Shown here: positions 53,550-64,000 of the stretch, piece after piece | Position numbering within the stretch: the stretch's first letter is position 1 | Layout of the letters: every line of letters starts with the position of its first letter | NCBI GenBank assembly: GCA_951406725.2 | Contig: OX597823.1 | Coordinates: forward strand, 3,534,001 to 3,598,000 | Direction: 5' to 3' | DNA from: Octopus vulgaris | Lineage: Eukaryota | DNA length: 64,000 nt | Program-made: the position numbers and the translations under genes | Notes under the pieces: generated by a model | What the model was told of the DNA's origin: nothing | What the model saw: the letters and a program-made list of their open reading frames with translations, nothing else | Database searches by the model: none

Positions 53550-53809
53550 CAAGTGAGAGCTTGGGATGTCCAATAGACAACATGCCAGAGAGCAGGTAGC
53601 ACATAGTCAGGTACATGGCTGACTGGTGGCTCACATCCTACAACAGCTTCAGGAGTAACTCTCCTTGCAGTAGTTGTCAGTTTCTCAGTCCCTGATTGCA
53701 ATGATGTGGATGAGATGTTGCCAGCTGCTGTTGTCACAGAAACATTTTGGTAAGCAGCAGTGGTAGTACTGATTGATTTTTGATTTTGTAAACATTGGCG
53801 ATAAAATGT
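53550..53809 (-). CDS. LMBRD2: LMBRD2 coding exon 2
   Basis: ctttag|TFYRQCLQ...CEPPVSHVPDYVLPALWHVVYWTSQALT(W)|gtaaca; 260 nt. Confidence 0.93.
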
Positions 53810-54501
53810 CTAAAAGAAAATCGAAACAGCATAAAGTGTGAGAACTGAAATAACACAATACAAATATAGATATTTATGGAGAGAAGGGGGGGAAAAAAAC
53901 TATTCAAATTATTATAGACAAATATAATGCAGAATATCCAACTCAGTAATAAGGGCTTTGATTTTAATGCCTTGATTTCCATAAACAGAAACCTTGAGAG
54001 CATCCTGCAATGGGGTCAAATCAACTTTGTGAGAGAAAGAAAAAAAAACTTTGAAGCTGTACTCATATCAAGACAAAAACACCACACCCCTATAAACATG
54101 AGCAGTCCCCCAACTCGAGCCTTTACGGTTGTCCAAAATGCTGGATTTGGCTATAACAGAGAAAGTCTCTTGGTGGTAGCACATCCTTTAGTATAACTAG
54201 GACTGAATTCCAAATAGTAGTTCTTCTCATTAGGGCCAAGAAATATTTCAGTGAACAAGGCTCAAGTGAAGCCCACAAGGGACTACTGCTCCCACATCTG
54301 GAATGGTGCAATGGCTATTACAGACTGACAAGCTGGACCCTGTTGAAAGGATGGATGTTCAAACTTCTTGAAATCTCGTCCCTAATAGGCACATGCCAGC
54401 CTCTGGCCCACACACACAGTTTCTCCTCTCTTTCTGTCTCTACTATCACTATCATAATGGCTTCTGCTGCTCAGAGTTGGCTGGCCTCATGCCTCCATCA
54501 T

Positions 54502-54731
54502 TTAACCCTTTCGTTAACAACCCAGATGAAACCGGCTCTGGCTCTGCAGTACAAATGTCTTGTTTTCTTAAGTTTTGAATTAAAATCCTCCACCAAACCT
54601 TAGTCACAATTTATGTTCCTAACACTAGCTGAATGATAACTAAGTTATTTTGCTAAATTCTTTCTTATATTTAAAGTAATTGAAAGAAACCTGACAGCAT
54701 CTCAAAATAAATACGGTAACGAAAGGGTTAA
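54502..54731. mobile_element. piggyBac-like MITE (TTAA target); relatives at 42834-43062, 58073-58302, 34546-34753, 3303-3513 and other decayed copies
   Basis: TTAA-CCCTTTCGTTA...TAACGAAAGGG-TTAA ends, ~230 bp, multiple homologous copies. Confidence 0.8.
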
Positions 54732-56433
54732 CCCATTTATCACTTCCCCTACCAACACTACTGGTGCATCCAACCCCACCTTTCTCCTTTTTCCCCACAC
54801 CAACTACTTTACCCAATCCTTCCTCCTCCAAAACATCATCCCCTCAGGAATCTCCTCCCTACTCATGTCTTTCTTACAGGTGTGAACCTGCAACTGTTTA
54901 AATGGAACATTAATGGAATCAATACCACCAGGTCTCAGATGGCTTACAAGGGTCACAAGCTTTGTCCCTTCCTTTAGGCTTCACAAGTAAAAACAAAGTT
55001 TAAAGTTCAATCTTTCAGTTGTGATATTAATTTCCTGTGGACTCCCATCTTTCTTGACAACAGGAATGGATTTTGTACATTAGGATGGCTGCTGGTGGAA
55101 TCGGATGAGGTTAGCTTTTATATTTTAATCAGAAGGCAGAGGCCATGATCTGTTGCAGGGATTCCAAGAATGGTGGGAGAGGAAGAGAAAGTTATCCTCA
55201 AACTGGAAACCTGGTGTGAATGTTTGCAACAGAATGGATTTTGCTAGACGTATCCAAGGTGGCAAGCAGTGGTGTCAAACCAGGAAATGGATTCTGTTTC
55301 TATATAACTTACTGGATGGTGAGATTATCTGGTGAGAACTGCAAGGGGCAGCAAGTCCATGGCCAAACAGGTTTTTCATGGGATATTGGAAATGAAGGAC
55401 ACTGGTTGTGTGATGCCAATGTTTGTTTATAACAATTTCATACCAAGAACACAAATGGGTTGAGGTGCACTACAGCTGTTTCAGACATGTTTTTCATTGA
55501 TGAACAAATCAATTACATAATTTAAAAAAAAAACATTTTCTTCTTTGAATTAAAATTTAAACCTAAAATGTAATATTTGGCTCACAGAGAATATATGTCA
55601 ACTGCCTCATCTTGGAGACAATCAAGAGAGTGAAAATAGCAAGATCTTATATGGGAGAGAGAATCATAAACCCATCAACACACACACAATGGACTTCTTT
55701 TCTGTTTACATCTACCAAACCTACTCACAAGGCTTACCAAAGATGCTACATGATAGGATTGAACTCAAAACCTTGGGAATGGTACATTTTCTATTGGAGT
55801 CTCAGTGTTTTATCCTCCTTTCAAACGTTCATCTCAATAAACAACCAAAACGGTCACTAATTCAATGTCCTGACACTAAACTATTTTCTCTCTCTTTTTA
55901 TCTTCTCTACTACAACCAGATTGTGGTTGAGGTTACAGTGTAGCCTTAGATAACTCTGAAGAAGCCTAACAGACACTGAAGAAATATTCTAACATTTATA
56001 ATGGTGGTCATCAAATATTTCTAGTTTGTATGGGGTCTTAAGATTTAGGACCTAAAATATCTGGTCTGCATTTTAATCCTTTTTATTACTACAGAAATTT
56101 CCCAAATAAAAGTGATTGAAACTAAAAGCTTACATCAAACTTTCATGTTCATTTACGTCCCAAACATCAGCTTTAATGGTGACAAAGTTATTTTATTAAA
56201 TTCTTCATCATTTCTTAATTTATTCGAAACAAAAGCAGTGTGTTTCAATAGATGTATGGTAACACACACAAAAAAGGTTAAATTTAGAAATTTGGCTCCT
56301 ACTTTGAGCAAGATGGAACAAACATATACAAGATCTTCATTGGCAAATTAAGCAACATGGTAAATGTTGGCAGGAGGCCACGTTTTATATACATAAACAT
56401 TGCTATTCTTTATTTTAATGTCACAATGGGTGG

Positions 56434-56654
56434 TACAAGAGGGTGCTGAAAAGTTCCTGGCTTTGGGTTAAAGAAAATACAGAAGGATCAGTTAATCATG
56501 ATTTTATACACGATATTCCCCTCTCAGATTCACACACATATTGCAGAAGACCATCAGTTTTTCTAAGCCCTGTAAAAGAATTTGGAAGGTTGGGCCTCCA
56601 ACCAGGCCTTTCAGGAAACCCTTAAAACCAGGAACTTTCCAGCAGCCCCTCGTA
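56434..56654. mobile_element. Mariner-derived MITE
   Basis: TIRs TACAAGAGGGTGCTGAAAAGTTCCTGG and CCAGGAACTTTCCAGCAGCCCCTCGTA with TA ends. Confidence 0.8.
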
Positions 56655-57132
56655 AATTTAATCAGTCATGTGGTTCAACACTTCTCATCTGAAAGCTTGT
56701 GTGCTTTTTGCAGTATTAAGGCCAGGTTTCTAGTTTTTTGCCTTCTTTCTCTCCCACTACTCACAGAGATCTTGTAACACTTCATGGTTAATCGTTTTCC
56801 CACCTGACTAAAAGGAGAGAAAACATTTTTTTAAATAAGTTGCATAACCAATAACTTACAAACCATTTATTGTGAGTCACTGGAAATGCTTTGTAGGCTA
56901 AGTTAAATTTCAGCAGAATTCAGTATTCCTTAAGAATGTTCTGAATCTGTCTATTTTTGTATTTTTCCATTTATTTATTTAACACAAGGAGGGATGAAGA
57001 ATGCTTAGAATCGTTTTTAGAAATGTCAAGACAGGAATATCTATATATAACTGGCAAAGTTGGCATGGTGAATGTTCGGTTTAAGCTATTGCATGTTAGG
57101 GGTTTGCAGGAGGCAAGGAGGATGGTATGGAG

Positions 57133-57319
57133 CAGTGGTTCCCAACATTTTCACTACCAAGGACCCATTTTATTTTAATGAGTTTTCCTACAGACCCCCT
57201 TTTAATATGCTTATCCTTATGTGTGTGTGTAAAATTTTGAATTTAGTTCACAGACCCCCCACCCAGTACTGCCTTTGTGGACTACCAGGGGCCCATGGAC
57301 CACAGGTTGGGAACCACTG
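57133..57319. mobile_element. hAT-like MITE
   Basis: TIRs CAGTGGTTCCCAAC and GTTGGGAACCACTG; degenerate 8-bp flanks. Confidence 0.75.
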
Positions 57320-59049
57320 GTACAGAATGTGGACTGATAGAGTTTCCAGACAGAGATTGTTCTGAGAAAGCAATATTGAGAAGGTCATTAAATGTAGCCC
57401 TTTTGTGATCACTGACCCTGCTAAAAATAGTAGCCAAATCTCCCTTAAATCATAGCCTACTATCTTAAAAACAAGACATAATGAGTAATATAAAACTAGG
57501 TACACTACTGTATCTGAAGGAAAGCTGAGACGGTCATGGCTGGAACACCTGCTTCATCGTGACTGACACAGATTTCAACATAACCTGGTTATTCAACTTG
57601 CAAAAATAATAATTCAGTTTCTCTTAAGCTTTTTGTTACCATATTTATGTTGAAGTAAATCCCCTTTCTTCTGCCTCTTACATTCTACATGCGTCAGTCA
57701 TTAGACTGGCCATGCTGGGGCACTGCCTTGAAGAATTTTAGTCAAACAAATTGACACCAGTACTTTTTTTTTAAGCCTGGTACTCGACCTCTTGATCTCT
57801 TTAGCCGAATGGCTAAGCTATGGTTGTTAAGCAGTGGTGGGGAGGGCGACAAACACAAAACACACATATACACGATGGGCTTCTTTCAGTTTCTGCTTAC
57901 CAAATTCACAATCCAAGGCTACAGAAAAAGATATTAACCCAAGATGCCTTGCAGTGGAAGTGAACCCAGAACCATGTGGTTGGGAAGCAAACATCTTATT
58001 AGACGGCCGTTGCAATTAATCTTTAAAGCGATGGAAAAGTTAGTAAAATAACCATCATCACTAAACTGGTGCTTAACCCTTTCGTTACCGTATTTCTGTT
58101 GAGATGCTCTCTGTTTCTTTCAATTAATTTTAAATATAACAAAGAATTGAGTAAAATAATTTAGTTATCATTAAGCTAGTGTTAGGAACATAAATTGTGA
58201 CTAAAGTTTGGTGGAGGATTTTAATTCAGAACTTTTGAAAACAAGACATTTGTACTACAGAGCCAGAGCTGGTTACAGCCAGGTTGGTAATGAAAGGATT
58301 AAGGCAGCGAGCTCACCAAATCATTAACACACTAGATGAAATGCTTTGTGGAATCTGCTGAGGTCAACTTTGCCTTTCATCCTTTTGCCATTCACAAAAT
58401 AAGTATCATTTGAGTTGAGGTAATCGACTGCCCCACCCTTCAAAATTGCTGGCCTTGTGCCAAAATAAAACTGGTGTTTGGAACATAAATTAACATGAAA
58501 TTTTGATTGAGGGTTTTAATTTAGATCACTTTAAAACAGAAGCATTCTCAGGTGGACTTGTATATAAAGGGTTAAACCACAACCTATGACCTTAAAAAAG
58601 AGGATATACTGAAAAATAGTAGAATTAGATACACTACTGAGACTGAAGAAAAGCTGAGATGGGCATGGATGGACTGCAACAAAGCATCATCATGATGCAT
58701 AGATACCATCTTTTACTTGTTTTAGTCTGTGGCCATGCTGGGGCACCACATTGAAGAAATTTTAGTCAATTTTTTTAAGCATGATACATATTCTACTAGT
58801 CTCTTTCATATAACCTTTATGTGGGTGAAGACCTTTAATCTGAGGTGCCGGTGTTTCTCCTTTCCCTACCCACTGTCTTTGGCGCTTGACATTTTTAGAG
58901 AGAACCCATTTCTCATCACCAGTCACTATTTGGTCCCCAAAAAAGATTCATTCATGAGATGTGACAGCAAAGAAGAGCACACATTCACTCTCTGTGTGTG
59001 ATTAGACTTGGAAAGGTTTAGTCCACTTTGAACTTTTAAACCCAAACCA

Positions 59050-59524
59050 AACGATAACAAAGGAGATCTACTGTGAGCAGCTTCATCAGCTTGAGTCCAG
59101 TGCTAGAAGAAAAACGACCATCTTTGCTTTCAAGATGAAAGGTGTTCTTCCATCAGGATAATGCTCAGCCATATACAGTGAGGATGACATTCCAAAGGCT
59201 GGAGCAGTCTGAATGGGAAACCATGCCCCACCCACCATATTCACCAGATGCTGCTGCATCTGACTATCATTTATTCCCCAGTCTTCAAAATCATTTGGAT
59301 GGAAAAAACATGAATTCTGTAGATGAGGTCAGAACAGTACTGGAGGAGTATTTTTGTCACAGACAAGTGAATTTTGGAAGAGGGGGCCTGGCAAGTCTAC
59401 CAGATAGATGGAAAAGCATTGTAGAAAATGAAAGAGCATATTTTAGATTAAAAAAGAACTTTATCTTAATTTTGAAAAATAAAAGAAGTATTAAAAAAAA
59501 TGCATTATTTATGGGATGACCCAA
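59050..59524 (+). mobile_element. Mariner (DD34D) transposase 3' relic with right TIR
   Basis: HQDNA...HPPYSPDAAASDYHLF with 34 residues between the two D's. TIR-like GCATTATTTATGGGATGACCCAA followed by TA. Confidence 0.9.
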
Positions 59525-59839
59525 TATATATATAGATAGATAGATAGACCCTTTATATATATGTATATATAGGCCCAACACACACACACACACACACAAT
59601 GGAATTCTTGCAGTTTCTGTCTTCCAAATGCACTCACAATGTATTGGTTAGCCCAGGGCTATAGAAGACACTTGCCCAAAGCACCATGAAGTGGGACTGA
59701 ACCCAGAGCCATGCGGTCAGCAAACAAACATCTTGCTACACATTCATGCCTGCACCTACATAATTACAATTTAATGTCAAGTTTGTTAACAATAAAGACA
59801 AAACAAGGAGAGGTAATATGAAATAAAAGGCTGACTCAC

Positions 59840-60013
59840 CGATGAAACATCCAGTGGGATGATGAAGATTATCATCAAAGAGAAATACCAGGCAACGAAT
59901 GTGGCCAAGGTGACCAGGACATGCTGCTTCCTCCAATCACCATAGCGATGAATAAGCAGCAAGGCAAGAATACAGGTACAGATAATCTCTACGGTGAGTG
60001 GTCCGGCACTCAT
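59840..60013 (-). CDS. LMBRD2: LMBR1 domain-containing protein 2, coding exon 1
   Basis: ACCATGA start; MSAGPLTVEIICTCILALLLIHRYGDWRKQHVLVTLATFVAWYFSLMIIFIIPLDVSS; donor gtgagt; 174 nt. The exon extends upstream to an acceptor at 60075 (ttgcag). Confidence 0.95.
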
Positions 60014-61895
60014 GGTTCATGCACCGCATGATCCACAAAAACTACGCAATAGAAATAAAGCTGCTCACAGCAAACCTGCAACGAAAGAGAAAATGGTTAA
60101 TAGCAAGTTATTTAAATGCATAACCAGCCCCAACCCATTCAAAAGTACCTTGGATCGTAGGGTGACCTGCTGCGCTTGAGGAGACCTATTGAGTCAAGTA
60201 CATCAAAATCAAATGGAAATTGTAGCTGTGATACCTGTGCCGGTGGCACATAAAAGGCACCGTCCGAGCATGGCCGGCTTTGACAGGCTTCCGTGCTGGT
60301 GGCACATAAAAATAACCAACCGATCATGGCTGTTGCCAGCCTCCTCTGGCCCCTGTGCCGGTGGCATGTAAAAAAAGCACCCACTACATTCTCAGAGTGG
60401 TTGGCATTAGGAAGGGCATCCAGCTGTAGAAACAGTGCCAGATCATACTGGAGTCTGGTGCAGCCTCCTGACTTTCCAGACACCAGTCGAAGTATCCAAC
60501 CCATGGAAAATGGATGTTAAACAATGATGATGATTTCTGAACACACTCTTGTGTATTGTGGGTAAGAAACGGGAGTGCTGTGATGATCCCAATGGGATCC
60601 ACTTGAATAGGGTTTCATAAAATATCACAGATTCATAGCATTTTCCTTTTATTTGTTTCAGTCGTTTGACTGTGGCCATGCTGGAGCACTGCCTTTAGTC
60701 GAACAAATCGACCCCCCCCCAGAACTTATTCTTTGTATGCCTAGTACTTATTCTATCGGTCTCTTATGCTGAACTACTAAGTTATGGGGACGTAAACACA
60801 CCAACATCGGTTGTCAAGTGATGGTGGGTGGACAAACAAAGGCACACAAACACACACATATATGTATACATACAACGGGCTTCTTTCAGTTTCTATCTAC
60901 CAAATTCACTCACAAGGCTTTGGTCAGCCTGAGACTATAGTAGAAGACACTTGCCCAAGGTACCACACAACGGGACTGAATCCGGAACCATGTGGTTGAC
61001 AAAGCAAGCTTCTTACCACACAGCCACTCCTGTATGTTTGTTTTTATGTTCACATTTCATTGCTAGCATGGGTTAGAGGAATATGTTACTGAGGCTTTGC
61101 TTTATAGCTGGATGCCTTTCCTGTTGCTAATGCTAACCTATTTATCAAGTAAGGGATCTCACATTCCATGCAGCTTTACAGACATAAAGGAAGCAGATGA
61201 TTTGTGGACAGCAAAAACAACAACAACAACGCTGCCAGTACATCACAACTTATGTACAGGCAATCATGGATTGAAACATAGGTGCAAGCATAGCTGTGGT
61301 CTCAGTTTCAGCCCCACTGTACAGCACTTTGGCAACTGACTTCTACTATGACCCTGGGCTGACCAAACTTGTGAGTGTATTTTGTGGGGAAAAATTGAAG
61401 AAAAGCCCATTGTGTGTGTGTACCCACCCTTGTTTTGACATCACATGATAACTGTAAACGAGTATCACCATCATACAAGTTGTATCATGTTAGCAACATC
61501 CCGTGACTAGGCTATGTGGCCATGGGGAAATATCATCTTTCTTGGAAACAGGAGAGGGTTAGCAACAGGAAGGGCAACCGGCCATAAAAAATGAAACTCA
61601 AGAAATTCCGTTTGACCCATGGAAGTATCAAGAAGAGGACATTAAACAATGATGATGATTACACACACATGCATATATATGTATGCATGTGTATATAAGT
61701 CAAGGTTGCACAGCCTAGTGGTTAGGGTGTTGCACTCATGATCAGAAGATTGCGGTTTCAATTCCTGAACAGGGTGGTGCATTGTGTTTTTGAGCAAAAC
61801 ACTTCATCTTGTGTTGCTTCGCAACCACTTTGACACCTGATGTGAGGTACATTGTACACCTGTTCAGGAAACACTGATTTGATTTTATCCTATAA

Positions 61896-61938
<43 letters not shown>

Positions 61939-62018
61939 AATGGAGCATAGGTGCAGTGTTTAGGTATGAGCAGAATTCAGGTCAGTTGAAATATGTGACA
62001 AACACATATTTTAACTAA

Positions 62019-62066
<48 letters not shown>

Positions 62067-62742
62067 AGGCACGTGCCATCAGTAATTACTCAGTGTAGGC
62101 AGTTGGTGATATTTATGTAGTAAAACACGTAAAAAAAATAAGCGAAACACAGCCATATGACTGAGTCGAAGGCAGAATTACTTTTTCCTTTATAGTACAT
62201 AAAAAGAACATTGTTTTAGGAATGTACACAGCATGTGTACTACAACAGCACTATACGTAGTTTTAATACTGAAATTGAAAGGCAGGGATGAATTACGTCT
62301 ACCCCTAATCTACAAAAAAAAAATTATTTTACATTTTATGCAGAGTAATCAGAGTAACCCTCATAATTTTATTGAATTAGGTGCATATTTTGCCATAAAA
62401 GGAAAATGTTGTGATTGATCTACTTTTATTCAGGGTAGGTACAGCTTACCTTGCCTACCCAGGCGTGGCATGACCCTGATTATATATATATATATAAAGA
62501 TTCAGGTAAAAACCTTGTAGAATGCCATGCAAGGCTTGTCAATGAAGAACTTCTTTTGGCAATCATTTGAGGAGGTGCATTCTACACCTTTGATGTTGGA
62601 AAATGATTGCACATCTCACCTATGTAGTACAGGTGTAAGAATCTGTTGAAACAACCAAAGTGATTTTAAATGAAGAATATCATTAATTCTATTTTTTTCC
62701 ATTTGTTTCACCTTTTGGCTAAGATCAAAGTGTAGTGTGTCT

Positions 62743-62750
<8 letters not shown>

Positions 62751-62817
<67 letters not shown>
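62751..62817. repeat. (TA)n microsatellite (one of many CA/TA/GA tracts in the window)
   Basis: Direct inspection. Confidence 0.95.
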
Positions 62818-62820
<3 letters not shown>

Positions 62821-63049
62821 GCGGCGAGCTGGCAGAAACGTTAGCACGGCGGGCGAAATGCGTAGCCGTATTTCGTCTGCCATTACGTTCTGGGTTCAAA
62901 TTCCGCCGAGGTCAACTTTACCTTTCATCCCTTTGGGGTCGAAAAATTAAGTACCAGTTACGCACTGGGGTCGATGTAATCGACTTAATCCGTTTGTCTG
63001 TCCTTGTTTGTCCCCTCTATGTTTATCCCCTTGTGGGTAGTAAAGAAGA

Positions 63050-63094
<45 letters not shown>

Positions 63095-63152
63095 GGTCTA
63101 CTTTCAGTTTCTGCCTACCAAATGCACTCACAAAGTTTTAGTCAGCCCAGAG

Positions 63153-63789
63153 CAGGACTGGCCAACCTGAGGCCTGCGGGCCACATGCAGCCCACAGACT
63201 TTTATCTTGCAACCTGCTTGATACTTTCTTGAAATGGGTTTATTTAAACAAACATTTTAAAACTTTTATCAAAAATTAAAGATTGTAATGAAAAGTAAAA
63301 GAGAAAGATTCTACTGTTTCTGCAACGATAATATTTCATGTTGAATCAACGATTATTCGTTCATTATATCTATTATATGGACATGTGTGTTTTCAGGGTG
63401 TGGGAGTAGAGACGTGTGTGTCTCTGGGTATAAGCACCTGTTTTTATGTTCAACAGTAAAAAGATTATTGCTTTAATGTCCGCTCTCTGGATGCTCTTCC
63501 CCTTGACAACTATTATCTGTTTCCAGGCAAGGTAATATTTCCCCAAGGCCAAACAGGTTTTCATGGAAGACTGGAAACAAATGACACTGCTTGTATAACA
63601 GTGATGCTCGTTTACAACTATTACACAATGCTAAGGCAAGGGAACACACATATGTATGTGTGTTAGAGATCATATATGTGGGTGCATGAGAAAGCAAAAT
63701 GCTTTCAATTCAGTCAGTATACAAGCGACCCTCAAAAAACTTTCTGCAATTAAAGTGGCCCACAATGTGACTCGAGTTGGCCAGGCCTG
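63153..63789. mobile_element. hAT-like non-autonomous element with a nested SINE fragment
   Basis: TIRs CAGGACTGGCCAAC and GTTGGCCAGGCCTG; 8-bp TSD GCCCAGAG/GCCTAGAG. Confidence 0.78.
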
Positions 63790-64000
63790 GCCTAGAGCTT
63801 TAGAAGAACACATTTGCCTAAGGGGCTGCAGAATGAGGATGAACCCGAGGGAGGACATTTAGTTGGGAAGTGAAATTCTTAACCACACAGTCATGGTCGT
63901 ATGTTTATAAATGACGTGGAACGTGTGAAATACATATGGAATGGTTAATTAATCAGTTATTTATAAGCAAAAATCTAATTAAAAATACAGCAATCAAACA

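Noticed and set aside
55950-55990. CTGAAGA...GAAA hammerhead-like words
   Set aside because: No convincing stem II or stem I pairing.

Overview
AT-rich, repeat-dense eukaryotic genomic DNA. The SINE families, RTE tails ending in (GAT)n and CA/TA microsatellites suggest a cephalopod, probably Octopus (inference, no search run). Two complete multi-exon genes lie tail-to-tail. On + is eIF2-alpha (EIF2S1): 7 coding exons, 9390-22080, 318 aa, with the ELS51RRR phospho-site intact. On - is LMBRD2: 12 coding exons, 60013-23948, 714 aa. All introns are GT-AG and phase-consistent. Both first coding exons have upstream splice acceptors, so the non-coding first exons and promoters were not located. Introns and flanks contain tRNA-derived SINEs, RTE and CR1 LINE remnants, mariner relics, piggyBac-like and hAT-like MITEs and a solo LTR. 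The standout is a ~250-bp module present six times: a tRNA-like Pol III head, a minimal type-I hammerhead ribozyme and a 3' stem-loop. One copy forms the 3' end of a Penelope-like GIY-YIG fragment inside a 13-bp target-site duplication (TSD). Another is inserted alone with its own 13-bp TSD. This suggests a ribozyme-bearing SINE mobilised by a Penelope-like element. Most ORF-track entries are spurious reads through repeats.
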